From contig OX597821.1 in assembly GCA_951406725.2 (NCBI GenBank), positions 46,872,001 to 46,936,000 of the forward strand: 64,000 bases of DNA, given 5' to 3'. The notes under the pieces were generated by a model. The model was not told the origin of the DNA, did not search any database, and worked only from the letters and a program-made list of their open reading frames with translations. The stretch is from Octopus vulgaris. Taxonomy: Eukaryota. The translations under genes and the position numbers were made by a program. Positions 14,350 through 27,817 of the stretch are shown piece by piece (the stretch's first letter is position 1; each line of letters starts with the position of its first letter).

Positions 14350-14385
<36 letters not shown>

Positions 14386-14450
14386 GTGAAACAACAACAA
14401 CAACAATAATAATAATGGTGATGATGATGATGATGATGATGATAATAATA
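14073..14450. repeat. Compound (AAT)n/(GAT)n/(AAC)n array
   Basis: Seen directly. Confidence 0.95.
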
Positions 14451-14676
14451 GTAAAGGCTAATGGAAGTAGAAGTGTCTGGAAGACACGTAGGACTGTCTA
14501 TTATAACTATATGGAAATAAGAAAAACATGGCAATTATTGTATTTAAAAAGACATCAGCCTCACAAGAAACAAGGAAGACAGGGAGAGAGAGACAGACAG
14601 ATAGACAGAGATAGAGAGAGAGAGTGCATGTGGTTGGGGGTGTTGGTGGGGGTGTGCATGCGTGCGTGTGCGTTCT

Positions 14677-14736
<60 letters not shown>

Positions 14737-14818
14737 GGAAAAACAGTGAGAATGGTAAATGTGCAGAATTCAATAGTGAATGAAAAACTGCGAATACGGA
14801 GAGAAAATATATAATGAA

Positions 14819-14853
<35 letters not shown>

Positions 14854-14870
14854 GAATAATAATAATGATA

Positions 14871-15072
14871 ATAATTTTGGCACCAGGCTAGAAATTGAGG
14901 TGGTGGGTAAATCGTTTGCATTAACCCTAGAGTTCGACTGGTACTTATTTTATCAACCCCGCAAGAGTTGAAGGCAAAATCGTCGACGTCGGCGTAATTT
15001 GAACTCAGAACGTCTAGCGACGAAACGCCGTTAAGCCTCTTTTAGCTAACGATTCCGCCAGCTCACCGCCTT
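14871..15072 (-). mobile_element. SINE family B, diverged copy
   Basis: tttgaactcagaacg...ccgccagctcaccgcc is the reverse complement of the tRNA-like head. Confidence 0.75.
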
Positions 15073-15081
15073 TATAATAAT

Positions 15082-15168
<87 letters not shown>

Positions 15169-15940
15169 AAGAAGAAGAAGAAGAATGACAATGATAATAA
15201 TATGGAGTCTAATTATTCATTGACTGAGGATTCGGCATTAGGGGAAACGTCCGGAGTTATCTTCCGTAGTTTCTGCTCAAAAAGAAAAAATAGACCCTGA
15301 CCCCAACTACTTTCTCATTGCATATTTAAAATTTGTTTAAGATTTTGCTCTTGTGTCAATTGTTAAATATGTCCCACTATCCTTATTCTCATTTATCATG
15401 GCTTATATTGATGACTACTTACATCAGTCTGACAGATTTTTGTCAAACTTGTAATTAATATCAGTTCGTATCAGTTTGCAAGCTGTATTTATTTTTTTAT
15501 CTCTCTGAGTTCAATATTACAGTCCGATGATGGCCTCGTACACTTTGACATCCATCTGACCAGAGTTGATAATATAAATACCAGTCATATTCTGAGCTCT
15601 GATCGATTATATACTTCCCTTGCTAACTGGCGGCAAACAAGATAAATGTAATGTTTCTAAAACACAGTCACCCAAAAGACTTTCAAACTAGAATGCGATT
15701 TGTTTTGTTTTTTTTAAGATGCTAGCTTTGACCTTTTTATCTAAGACATACATTTGATAATTGGAGGAGAGTCAGATTATAAATAACCTTTATGAGTAAA
15801 ATACTTGCTCCACACTTAGTGATGACGAGAATGTTTGTCAGTTAAGTAGTATTCTAAACGACAGTCAACGAACAGCTACACTGTACATTTTACCAATTAT
15901 GCTTTCCGTAATCCAACTCAGACCTCCTTAACTACATTAT

Positions 15941-16325
15941 TTCTAAGCACTCCGTCGGTTACGACGATGAGGGTTCCGGTTGATCCGATCAACGGAACAG
16001 CCTGCTCGTGAAATTAACGTGTAAGTGGCTGAGCACTCCACAGACACGTGTACCCTTAACGTAGTTCTCGGGGATATTCAGCGTGACACAGAGAGTGACA
16101 AGGCCGGCCCTTTGAAATACAGGTACAACAGAAACAGGAAGTAAGAGTGAGAGAAAGTTGTGGTGAAAGAGTACAGCAGGGATCACCACCATCCCCTGCC
16201 GGAGCCTCGTGGAGCTTTAGGTGTTTTCGCTCAGTAAACACTCACAACGCCCGGTCTGGGAATCGAAACTGCGATCCTACGACCGCGAGTCCGCTGCCCT
16301 AACCACTGGGCCATTGCGCCTCCAC
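15941..16325 (-). mobile_element. SINE family C, full length, tRNA(Arg)-like head, 11-bp TSD
   Basis: Head gtggaggcgcaatggcccagtggttagggcagcggactcgcggtc...gtttcgattccc. TSD aactacattat at 15930-15940 and 16326-16336. Confidence 0.92.
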
Positions 16326-16655
16326 AACTACATTATAATGTTGATAGTATGTTAGTCGTTTGACAGGAGACAGATAAGGTATTTCTCTATAAGCATGTTT
16401 TATCCCTCCATCCAATCAGACATCTCCCCATTCATCCACCGACACACAATATCTGATTGCACATACACAACTATGTATACACAAAGATATATTTATGCAT
16501 GTACGTATATGTGTGCTGTATACGCATAATGCATATAGTGCATATAGAGATTTTTTATATACAAATATGCACTTATGCATCTATCTATATATAGTGGTAC
16601 TTATTTTATCGATCCCTATAATAAAAGAAAAGAACATGGGCATAACTTTGTAGTC

Positions 16656-16913
16656 AACATTACTTCGTAAGGAGCATAAGGCCGGTTCCTCGGTTTCTCT
16701 GACGTATATATTTCTGGTATATATATATATATATATCCCCGCTGAAGGGGACACCGGTCCGTCGTAGAATTACTTATTTTTGCCAACTGAGTGGACTGGA
16801 GCAACGTGAAATGAAGTGTTTTTGCTCAAGTTCACAACGCATCGCCCGGTCCAGAAATCGAAACTTACAATCTTACATTCTAACACCATAACCACCAAGC
16901 AATACGCCTCCAC
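16656..16913 (-). mobile_element. SINE family D (tRNA head plus CORE-like domain), with decayed ~20-bp TSD
   Basis: Head gtggaggcgtattgcttggtggtta; core ttgagcaaaaacacttcatttcacgttgctccagtccactcag. Flanks are atgggcataactttgtagtc (16636) and atgggcataatttggtactc (16914). Confidence 0.8.
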
Positions 16914-17739
16914 ATGGGCATAATTTGGTACTCCTTTATTCCAGTTGTCACGTATCTTTCAGTATTCGGCAACACATGATGTTACGCAATAGAAGCAACC
17001 GATAGATGCAGCTTATAAGAGCCTGCACGAAGCAAGCACGTCCTCAGACAATTAAAAAACAAATGCACACACACACACACAAACACATACATATAAATGC
17101 ATGTATGTATGTATGAATGTATGTATATAAGGATTCAAGCAAGCTCCGAGTATATATGCTGTTAGCATAGATGATAAAAAGTGGACACTATAGATAAAAC
17201 GGTAATTAACATCGTAAAATACACACTTCGTCTAATATTAAAATCAAAGAAATTTGCGATAAGCAGACAGTCAACGTATGAGATACAGCTTAGCAAATAA
17301 AGTTGCTAAAATGTGAACATTCCGATAATGTAAGGAATGATAATTTAATAAAAAAGCAAACAACAATCGTTTCATGGCTAAAACCATATTTACTACGTAA
17401 CTTGTAACATACATAGAACCTATTTAGCTAATCCTTAGGTCGAGTGGAGATGAACAAACGAAGTAACATAATTCACAACATGAATTATTCCTGCTGTGGC
17501 TACTTTGATAATTCATTTGCTCATCTACACGTGACAATGTAAACAACTTGTAAATAACAAGACCTGAAGATTAGCTAATCTGGCTCTCTGTATATTACAA
17601 GTTACATAACAAGCATCGCTTTGCTATGAAATGATTGTATCTGTGTTTTGCGTGTTCCTTTCCTCACTTTTTTGGATACACACACACATATATACAAGAC
17701 AAGATATTCATAATGATCATTACATACTTTTAACTTACA

Positions 17740-17979
17740 GCTCGATCTGTGTGTGTATTTGGGTTTGTGTTTGTTCCTCTTACCGTTTGACAATCAGTAC
17801 GTCCCTCGGTAGTTGCGGGGGACATGCTTCCCGAATCGGGAAGTGATTAACAGAATAAGTACCAGAATTTAAAATGAAAAATGGCACCGGTGCCGAATTA
17901 TTCGACAAAAACCCTTCAATTGGACGACAGTAGTGCCCCAGCGTTACAACATTACAGTTGCTCTGAAACAAGCGAAAGC

Positions 17980-17980
<1 letters not shown>
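17740..17980 (+). mobile_element. SINE family A, diverged 3' half
   Basis: agaataagtacc...cgacaaaaacccttcaa...gtgccccagc...ctgaaacaagcgaaag. Confidence 0.6.
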
Positions 17981-18030
<50 letters not shown>

Positions 18031-18239
18031 TGTGTGTATGTGTATGTGTGTGTGTGTGCGTGTGTAATCAGAAGAAGAACCTAAGTGACTCAAGGGCCGA
18101 GAGTTTCATGCATAGCAGTATTCAAACTGCATTTAAGCCAGATAAACAGAAATCAAATCATACGTCTATAAATATTTTGCTTTTATTTCAATTGACAGAA
18201 GTTGAATATTCACTTCTTAGATTTGTGTGTGTATAAATA

Positions 18240-18329
18240 TAGATAGCTAGATAGCTAGATATAGATATATAAATGTATGTGTGTGCGTTGCATGTATATA
18301 TATATATGTATGTATGCATATATGTATAC

Positions 18330-18389
<60 letters not shown>

Positions 18390-18451
18390 GTATACATATA
18401 TACATACATATATATATACATGCAACGCACACACATACATTTATATATCTA

Positions 18452-18475
<24 letters not shown>
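18240..18475. repeat. Long near-perfect palindrome centred on (TA)n
   Basis: Arm tagatatagatatataaatgtatgtgtgtgcgttgcatgtatata pairs with tatatacatgcaacgcacacacatacatttatatatctatatcta. Confidence 0.9.
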
Positions 18476-18501
<26 letters not shown>

Positions 18502-18506
<5 letters not shown>

Positions 18507-19609
18507 ATATATATATATATATACTCTAGAGATGTTTGTGTATACCCGAATTATCAAATTTTTGCTGTATCTGGACTTCTATTTATCAATGAAAACGATT
18601 AAACATAATTTTTGTTTGTTATATCATGACAAAAAAAAACATGGCTTCCGTGACGTCAACACACAGACACACATACAGAATACACACACATATAAGGAAT
18701 GTCATGGCGTGTCAATCAACACTAGCACACGTCCGCTATCTCAGACATATACACACACTCTAGTCCTCGCACCGTACACAATATTCTGATAATTTAGAAA
18801 TCTTTAAAATTTAATGTGATTTCAAAAATGTAAGTTGCTTGTACAGTAAGTATTTGTATTTTAGCTTTCTTCGAACGGGCAATATTTTAAAGGTTTTTTG
18901 TTCGTTAATTTCCGTTCGTAAATTTCTGTAAACTTTTATATTTATTTACTTTTGTTTTAAAGTGAAAGAGAGGAGAAAGTAAAATATGTACATACGTGTA
19001 TACGGAATGGACGTGTGTGTGAAAGTGAGAGAGAGAGAGAGAGAGAGAAATACAGGGAGAGAATGAGTGCACGTGTGTGTTCTCATGTATGCGTAAATGG
19101 CTCTTTCTCTCTCTCTCTCTGTCACATACACACACATACACGCGTCCATTTGATATACACGTTCATACATCTTTCACTTTCTCCTCTCTTTCACTTTAAA
19201 GAAAAAGTAAATAAACAAAAACATTTTTACAGAAATTAACGAACAAAACCAGCTGAGCTGGATGACAGTTCTGAGAGTCAAAGCGAAAGATCGCCCAAAG
19301 GAAATCCCATTACAAAAATTTTGGGGAGTGCCTTCAACGTATCTCAATTCCGAAAATTTGACTGCTATTTCTAGCATGCCCTTCTACCACGTAACAGGTA
19401 TTTGCGATTAAAGAACCGAAATACCTGTTACATGGTAGCAGGGCGTGCAAGAAATGGCAGCCAAATCTTTCCTTTAAGCGTGATTTCGCTGTCACATTCG
19501 CAGAATGCATGCGAAATAACCTGGAAAAGAAAAACAAAACACGAAACGAAACTTCGTTGCTGAGAAACTCGGACAGTCCAGGTGACCCAACGGGTCACGG
19601 ATAGTCTAG
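18502..19609 (+). mobile_element. Non-autonomous Helitron (~1.1 kb) with internal palindromes; 5' end uncertain
   Basis: 3' hairpin gtgaccc-aac-gggtcac (19582-19598) followed by CTAG|T (19606-19610). Candidate A|TC start within the tctatatata tract. Confidence 0.65.
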
Positions 19610-19632
19610 TATGTATATAGATATATCTTTAT

Positions 19633-19876
19633 ATCTTTTACTTGCTTTAGTCATTTTTGACTGCGGCCATGCATGCTGGCTTCACTGCCTTGAAGGATTT
19701 TAGTCGAGCAAATAAAGCCTAGAACTTATTTTTTTAAAGCCTGCTACTCATTATATCAGGCATATTTGACGGACTGCTAGATCACAGGAACGTAAACACA
19801 GCAATAGCGGTTGTCAAGCGGTGGTAGGTGGACAATCACAAGCACATAGAAACATACACAGATTTATAGATACATT

Positions 19877-19969
<93 letters not shown>

Positions 19970-20283
19970 AATTGAGATAGGGGTTGTAAATGCAACCCTC
20001 CATGGGATAACATATATCCAATATACTGCTAGTGAAGTATCCAACAAAGTTAATACATAAATGTTAATGATTGCGATGCAATCAATTCATTTACTGTATT
20101 ATATGGGCAAAGGTAAAATGATTTACGACGGGATTCTTTCAGTTTCTTTTTACCATATCCGCTCACAAGGTCTTGATTGGTCGGCACGAAGCTATAGTAA
20201 AAGACACTTGCTCACAGTGCAACGCAGTGGGACTGAACCCAGAGCCATGTGGTTGGGAAGCAAGCTTCTTACTACCCAGCCAG
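19633..20283 (-). mobile_element. SINE family A, diverged, with expanded internal microsatellite and an inserted segment
   Basis: 3' half at 19633-19850 (cttttacttgctttagtcatt...ctgcggccatgc); 5' half at 20125-20283 (gacacttgctca...cagtgggactgaaccc...ccatgtggttgg). Confidence 0.8.
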
Positions 20284-20443
20284 ATTTGAATCTGTATATT
20301 GCATATGTATTTGTGTATGTACGTATGCATTTATATATGCATTTATACGTGTATAAGCGTATGCAGCTATAATCATTAGATTGTATATGAGAGAAAAGTA
20401 TTTGACAGAAGAAAGAAGAGAGAGAGGAGGGACAGAGAGGGGT

Positions 20444-20484
<41 letters not shown>

Positions 20485-21212
20485 AGACAGACAGATAGAC
20501 AGAGAAGAGATGAATAGCAGACTACATTTGTCTGTTGTTTGAGTGAACGCAAACATCTATTTCTTATTTCCTACATGGTCTGTGTCCCAGCCTTTGTATA
20601 TGTTTACTCTCTATGCGTGTGTTTGTGAGCGCGTGTGTGTGCGTGTCTGTCGTTCTTTATTGTGTCTGTGTGTATGATTCTTTCTCTCACTCTCTCTTAT
20701 CTCTCTCTCTCTCTCTTTTCAGTTGCCGTTCCTCTCTCACTCTCTCCGTTTCTCTTTCCCTCCATCCCCCTCCCCCGTCTCTCTCTCTCTCTCTCGCTCG
20801 TTCGCTCTTTCTTTCAGTTAGCTTCTATCGATCGGTACCTCCTAAACGTAGCTGACAGGTTGTTGAGAAGAATTTCATACACTATTGTATATATTCATGC
20901 AGGGCAGTATGACCTAATTCAGATGGAAAGCTGGCACACCTTGTATAATGTCTATGCGTCTATAGGTGTTTGTAAATGTGTGTGTATGTGTGTGTGCCAG
21001 TTGTCTGTGTGTCAGTGTTTGTGATAAGGTGGATAGAGAGGGAAGAAGGACATGCGGGGAAAAGGTGGTAGAAGAAAGATCGGGTGTAGAGAGAGGCAGA
21101 ACAAAGCATCGTTTGACGATAACGCACGTATGTATAAGGCAAGACGCAGCCGCAGACACTCTCTTGCAATTACAGTCCAGCACGCATCCCCCACGCCGAC
21201 ACACATACTCAT

Positions 21213-21248
<36 letters not shown>

Positions 21249-21339
21249 GCACAAATGAACGCACGTACGGACGTAAAAGCAGAGATATACATACATACAG
21301 ACAGACAGATATATATATATATGTTTATATATGTTCCTG

Positions 21340-21935
21340 TATTTCTATGTATGCATGTATGTATGCATGTATGTATGTATGCATGTATATATGTATGTGT
21401 ATGTATGTATGTATGTATGTATGTATGTGTATGTATGTATGTATGTATGTATGTATGTATATATGTATGTTTGTTTGTATGTATGTATGTATGTATGTAT
21501 GTGTATGCATGTATGTGTATGTATGTATGTATGTATGTATGTGTATGTATGTGTGTATGTATGTGTGTATGTATGTATGTATGTTTGTTTGCATGTATGT
21601 ATGTGTATGTATTTATGTATGTAATGTATGTATGTATGTGTGTGTATGTATGTATGTATGTATGTATGTGTGTGTATGTATGTATGTATGTGTGTTTGTA
21701 TGTATGTATGTATGTTTGTTTGTATGTATGTATGTATGTGTATGCATGTATGTATGTATGTATGTATGTTTGTATTGTGTATGTATGTATATATGTGTGT
21801 GTATGTATGTATGTATGTATGTGTATGTATGTATGTATGTATGTTTGTTTGTATGTATGTATGTATGTATGTGTGTGTATGTATGCATGTATGTATGTAT
21901 GCATGCATGCATGTATGTATATATGTATATATGTA
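21340..21935. repeat. Long imperfect (TATG)n array
   Basis: Seen directly. Confidence 0.95.
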
Positions 21936-22049
21936 CGTAAGCATATGAATACAAAATACAACCACACACACATGGTAGAAATCAATTCTTGCCTGAAATC
22001 GACCATTTCTTGGAAAGTTATGAATTTCTTGTTTTACTATAGAAAGACG

Positions 22050-22470
22050 AAAAAAGAGGGCAATCAGCAAACGTATATATTCCGGGATTTGGTTTTCCCC
22101 TCACTCTCTTTCCCCTTTTTAATTAGCAGCTCAAGAAAACATAATAACCGTCCTCCTACTCATACATGAGCAAGCACAAACCTTGAGCCTATCCACACTC
22201 TTCAAATAATAGTCCACACTATCACAAAGATAGGTTTTTCTCTTTTGAGACAGAAACTACTTACATCTACAAAACTCAAGTGAGATTTACAGTAGTCTGT
22301 TGATCCCAATTTTGACATGGGTTACAGCCACACACACATAGAAATCCTGCAACGCATCGAGAGGAAGCTACTAGACCAATGATTAGCAATCACACTCCAA
22401 CTTTAATCCACAAACTTATTTTCTTCCCTTTGCCTTTCCTATCCTTACTACAATGGCCTCTGTTCCTTTT
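22050..22470 (+). mobile_element. Decayed CR1/L2/Jockey-group LINE, RT thumb region
   Basis: Frameshift-corrected IYKTQVR..V.C.SQF.HG..ATHIEILQRIERK resembles LYK.Q.RP.LEYCS.IW....L.R.QR. Confidence 0.5.
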
Positions 22471-23487
22471 CACATCTCTCCTCTCGCTGACCTCTACTTT
22501 GGTCACCCACATTATGTCCAGCTCTAATGAACCTGTATAAACCAACACACTAGTTTTTCTTCTTAAAACTTTCTTCCCTGCACACCTTTGCTGCTGTCGT
22601 CCACTTACTACGATGTAAGTGGGACATTAACAACATCAGTTTCACTAGTGTTGGGGAGGCCTTTGAAGTCAACTATACGCATACATACATACATACATAC
22701 ATACATACATACATACATACATACAGACAGACAGACAGAAAGACAGACAGACAGACAGGCAGATAGACAGACAGACATGCATACAGTTCTTATATGTGAG
22801 CAATAATTTACCTTTTTCCTTTTTATCATAGGTGCACTGGTTTATTTAACTACTGATTTTCATAAAAGCCTAAAAATACTGGAATTCACTAAAGTAAAAA
22901 AACAAAAAAAACTGATTCGCATCTTCCAAACTAGAGGCAGAGTGATAATTTACTAACCATTTCTGGGTGAGCGAGGAGAGTATTCTAGTGAACCACTTCG
23001 TCCATTTCACCAGTTTGGTAAAATCTCATGACAGTACATTAACGATGGCTGTGATTAAAATCTACATCTTCAAATTCCACTTGAATCCTAGCGTGACAGT
23101 GAGTTAACCATCAACTTTTACTAAGGTTCCCACCTTTGCTCAGAACTTTGGGGCGTTCATAATTTTTTTTTTTTGTACTAGGTGCCCATCTGAAGGAAAC
23201 CTTTCAGTTAAATCTATCGAATAATTTCTTATACTTATGACCCTTTGTTAAACGCTTTCCATTAATCTGAAGAAAAGCCTTCTCAAGCGGGTTTTCACGT
23301 TGAGTGAGAAATGTGGGGGAAACCAGAGGACTGTACAGCAGCATCTTCTCTTATGGATGTTAGGTTCAGGCATAAAGGTAAAGCGATCCTTAATCCAGCT
23401 GGCTGCTGGAGCTCCGTTTTAATAGAGGTTGCTGTACCAAGGACTTCATTCGAAATCCTTCAACTGACACCCTTCAGAAGGCTTACA

Positions 23488-23526
<39 letters not shown>

Positions 23527-24519
23527 ATACACAAATATATATATATATAAATAGTTGCTGGGATCGCTATATGAATCGTTGATGTAATCCTACTAACAAC
23601 CACCCTACTCGAAGAACAGCAGCACATCTAAACTCTCCGAATATACTAATCGATTCCATTCAGTCCTATCTCTCACCTTATTGAAATTGCCTAGTCAGTA
23701 CTGAGTTCACTATTTCGCTGAAAATCTGATCCGTGATCTTGCTACCAAAATAACATAAGATGTGCTACTGATGTCGAGTTAGGTCATCACATTAGAACAT
23801 CATTACTCTTCTGCTTTTAATGGGATTGTTGTTAGCCATCACTTTAAACTCTATCTCTTTCCCAAAGACAAGTTTCAGTACATTTTTGATAGGAGGTCAA
23901 TTGATTCACAAGTCTTTATTTAGTGGTGTTATTTTTCTGGATTGCCCTCACCACACTTTAGTCAGTCCTTTTGTAAGTAGATAGGAGAGAAACAGAAGAG
24001 ATTTTAAAATGGAAAATAAAGAAGACAATGCAAATGAAAGATGCTTGCTGTGTCAACCATATTATTTGAAAGCTTTTAGAATGTAAAATACTAATAAACT
24101 ATTAGAACGGCCATTATATCTGTTGAAAATCTATTTAGGTGATATCAAATCTCATCTAATTTCCCTTCCAGATAGCAAGCAAAGCCAATCAACAAATAAA
24201 CACTATGGTGTCAACTTGCACTCAAATTGTTTCCAAGCTTGTTTACCAGATCTTGAGATTTCATAGTTAATGCAACTAACTCGTCAACAATATTCCAGTT
24301 ATCTTTTTAAATGTACTCTCAAGTGGAATCGAATGAAGAAGTGTGGTTTGACAGCCATTATGATAAACAGTAGGCGTCTGATAAATATTCATTTCGATTT
24401 CAAACTCGTTTTATGATACGGTTCGTTATTTGTTTATTGATGTCACACAATCACACTGATCACGTGCTCCATTTTCCGAGTTGCTTTAAACGTTAGATAT
24501 TTATGGGTGCTTGTTAAGC

Positions 24520-24760
24520 CTGTAGAGAATCAGTGATTAGAGGAAGTGTCTGAGGTCACTAAACTTCCGAGAAATAGTACTCCGAATTGCTCTAAATCAC
24601 ACACTACTGTCTTAAAAAAGGAAGGTCTGATAGGATTATAAAACGTGCTAGATGCATTATATAATCCTACTATAAAAAATAACTTAAAATAAAAATGAGT
24701 AGCTACGCTGGAAACGTCTTTAATTACAGATTTGCTCGATCAATGGGATTAAGTAACAAT
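24520..24760 (+). mobile_element. Repeat family E (SINE-like), diverged
   Basis: gaaatagtactccgaatt...aaatcacacactactgtcttaaaaaaggaagg...gatttgctcgatca. Similar decayed copies lie near 28480(-), 30300, 41190, 47020, 49400, 57500 and 60870. Confidence 0.55.
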
Positions 24761-25142
24761 TACAGTGAAAGTTATGTACCATAGACATGAACTTTGTACC
24801 GATATCAATGAAGAAATACAAACTATTACCGATATTTTGCTACATAATTTGGTACTCAATTTGTAGGGTTACCGCGTCGTTCAGTTAATCGACTTGTACA
24901 GCTTTAAGAAACATTTCTAGGAACCAGTCAAACAGACAATCATAAAATCATCGATCTATAAATCGATTTATCACATAATTACTAACATGTTGACATTTGA
25001 AAACTTCTTAGCCTATACTTAATGATAATTTGTAAACACCAAATTATATACCGAACACTGGTGGGAAAAGCTATTGCATGAAACAATTATATAAATTATT
25101 ATCATGTCTCTTATTCTTCTTATTGCTGTTGTTATTGGTGTT

Positions 25143-25545
25143 AAGGCGACGAAGTGGCAGAATCGTTAGCACGCCGGACAAAAATGCTTAGTGGCATTTT
25201 GTCCGTGTCTATGTTCTGAGTTCAAATTCTGCCGATGTCGACTTTGCCTTTCATCCTTTGGTGGCGAATTTCACTTCCTACCTCGACGGCTTGCCGCGTC
25301 TCTCTACAGCTGAGCGCTGCGAATGGCAATAACTTAATCCGAAATTCAGGACACCCTTGTCGGTTGCAGGAGATACAAGTCACTAGGGTTAGATGGACTG
25401 CCCAATGAACTTTACGTAAATATCTTTGCTTTTAATCCTGTTGGTGTCGATAAAATAATTACCAACCAAGTACTGGGGTTGATGTAATCGACTAACAAAC
25501 CTCACCCTAGATATACTGACTTTGTGCCAAAATTTGAAGCATTTA
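25143..25545 (+). mobile_element. SINE family B interrupted by a ~160-bp foreign insert
   Basis: Head aaggcgacgaagtggcagaatcgttagc...ttcatcctttg; resumes at ctttgcttttaatcctgttggtgtcgataaaata. Confidence 0.75.
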
Positions 25546-25811
25546 TTATGATTTGTAATTCCTTTCTGTAATATATTTATTGTCTGTGTCTTCTGTCTTA
25601 GTTTGTGCCCGTAGTATGATAATGTACGCTGCAAGCAAATCTGTGTACACACACAAGCACACACACTTGCACAAGCACAATTATACATACGAATATGTAC
25701 ACATATAAAAATATATGCCTGTGTGTGTAAATATGCGTGTGTTAGCATATATATGTATATATATGTATAAGTATGTATGTATGTATATATATGCATATAC
25801 ACACACACATA

Positions 25812-25860
<49 letters not shown>

Positions 25861-25877
25861 ATGTATAAGTATGTATG

Positions 25878-25937
<60 letters not shown>

Positions 25938-25946
25938 CTTATACAT

Positions 25947-25977
<31 letters not shown>

Positions 25978-26037
25978 CATATATACTTATACATGTACAT
26001 ATATATATATATATATACATGTATATGTATAAGTATG

Positions 26038-26080
<43 letters not shown>

Positions 26081-27188
26081 GATTTCACAACAGTATATAT
26101 AATAGATTTATTATTAATAATAGCATGTTACAAAATGAATGCAAATTATTTCATTGGCATCGAAAATCTAAGATAAATGAATGTCAAATTGTAACAGCCA
26201 TTAATTAATTTGTGTGAAAGAACCACCGAATGATTGTGTCGAAGTGTAAGTTATCTCGTAGAGCTTGGGGTACCGAGGACAACAATGAAAGAGAGAGATA
26301 TTATCTTCCGGTGTAGCTGGCGCAAATTACGTGACGACAGGTTGTGTGCATTGTACTGTTGTGTGTCATCACAATGCAGTCTAATCTGTTGTCACTTGGA
26401 CAGGAATGTCGACAACTTGTATTTATTGAAATGTTTTATTTGACAGACATAACAATAACACCAACAACAAAGGGAAAGGGAAGGGAAAGAATAAAAGCGA
26501 AATAATTAATTATACAATATTAAGAGATCCATTTATATATGTATTGGCGAACGACGTTTGTTCATAGCCCCATAAATGCATATATGCATGTGCGTGTATT
26601 TGTGTGTGTATGAGTGTATGAGTGCGTGTGTCTGAGTGCGAGTGTGTGTTTGTGTATGTGTGAAGAGAGAGATAGAAGGGGGAAAGAACGAGAGAAAAAG
26701 AGAGTAACGTAGTTAAGACGTTTTCCCCTGTATTTCTCTGTGTCACAGTTTAGATTTTGCAATATACAATTGTTTGTAAATACAAGCAAATATTATACCT
26801 AGAAAAAACACACACACACACTCACAAGCATACACAACAACTCAGACACTGACACTTCTGTAACGTATGTGTATGTGTGTGATATGGTACATTTCAAGTA
26901 ATTATTCGCGATATATACAGTCTCTGGATTTCGACTGTTTACCTTTTAAAGCTTGGGTTACCCTTTAAAACGTCAGTGCATTAGATCATGCGCCTGTCTT
27001 AGATAAGAACAAGATGAGGCAAGAAGGCGCGAGAGCGGCTCCCTCCAGGAAACAAAATTATATCACAATGTTGCAAATTCTCCAGAAACAGGATCATTCA
27101 TAATTTAATCAATAAGATATGTATAATTTAAATTTTCTTCAAGGCAACTGAGGAAAACTTCGATGTTAATGGTAGTAATCTTGTCCCG

Positions 27189-27423
27189 AAGACGGCTAGC
27201 TGGCAGAACCGTTAGCACGCCGGGCGAAATGCTTAGCGGTATTTCGTCTGCCGCTACGTTCTGAGTTCAAATTCCGCCGAGGTCGACTTTGCCTTTCATC
27301 GTTTCGGGGTCGATTAAATAAGTACCAGTTACGCATTGGGGTCGATATAATCGATTTAATCCGTTTGTCTGTCCTTTTTTTGTCCTCTCTGTGTTTATCC
27401 CCTTGTGGGTAGTAAAGAAAAAG
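27189..27423 (+). mobile_element. SINE family B (variant tail), young copy
   Basis: gctggcagaaccgttagcacgccgggcgaaatgc...gagttcaaattccgccgaggtcgac with A/B boxes; tail ccttgtgggtagtaaagaaa. Confidence 0.88.
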
Positions 27424-27817
27424 GTTGTAATTTTGTCCCAAAATGAATAATAGAAGAATGAGACATCAGTACGTCTCTGAGATACAGGAGCAATTTAAGA
27501 GCTCAAACTGCAAAAGGCTCATTTTAATCGAAGATTTGTTAACTTTAGCTAATATTCTACACAATTATAGATATCATATAATAATATAACGATACGTCGT
27601 GGAGCACATACTATTCTGTATATTATGTATTTAATATATTTTCTCCAGTCTATCATCTATTTGAAAAGAATTTTGGAAGAAATGATGGCAAATTGAGCAT
27701 TGACTATGTTGAAACTATAATGTACAGTAAGGTAATTATCGTATAAGATTTCAATCAATATTGGGTCGATAAAATACGCCATACTGTCGTCCTATTGTAC
27801 ACGAGTGATTTCTAAGT

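Noticed and set aside
13957-14409. 150-aa Asn/Asp-rich ORF
   Set aside because: (AAT)n/(GAT)n array with no domain or splice support.
15989-16241. Duplicated small ORFs (67 and 61 aa), repeated at 27868-28120
   Set aside because: They lie wholly inside SINE family C copies.
16250-16325. tRNA-Arg-like gene (also heads at 1526, 28130, 53180)
   Set aside because: These are SINE or PLE-tail heads continuous with repeat bodies (TSDs at the family C copies); cloverleaf stems are incomplete.
20966-22169. Longest ORFs (324, 304 and 265 aa; MYVC/HTYI repeats)
   Set aside because: Translations of a (TATG)n array, open in several frames on both strands; no coding signal.
22950-24360. Possible very old CR1-like LINE on the minus strand
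   Set aside because: Only isolated 3-4 residue hints (GNFN, WIK); too degraded to support.
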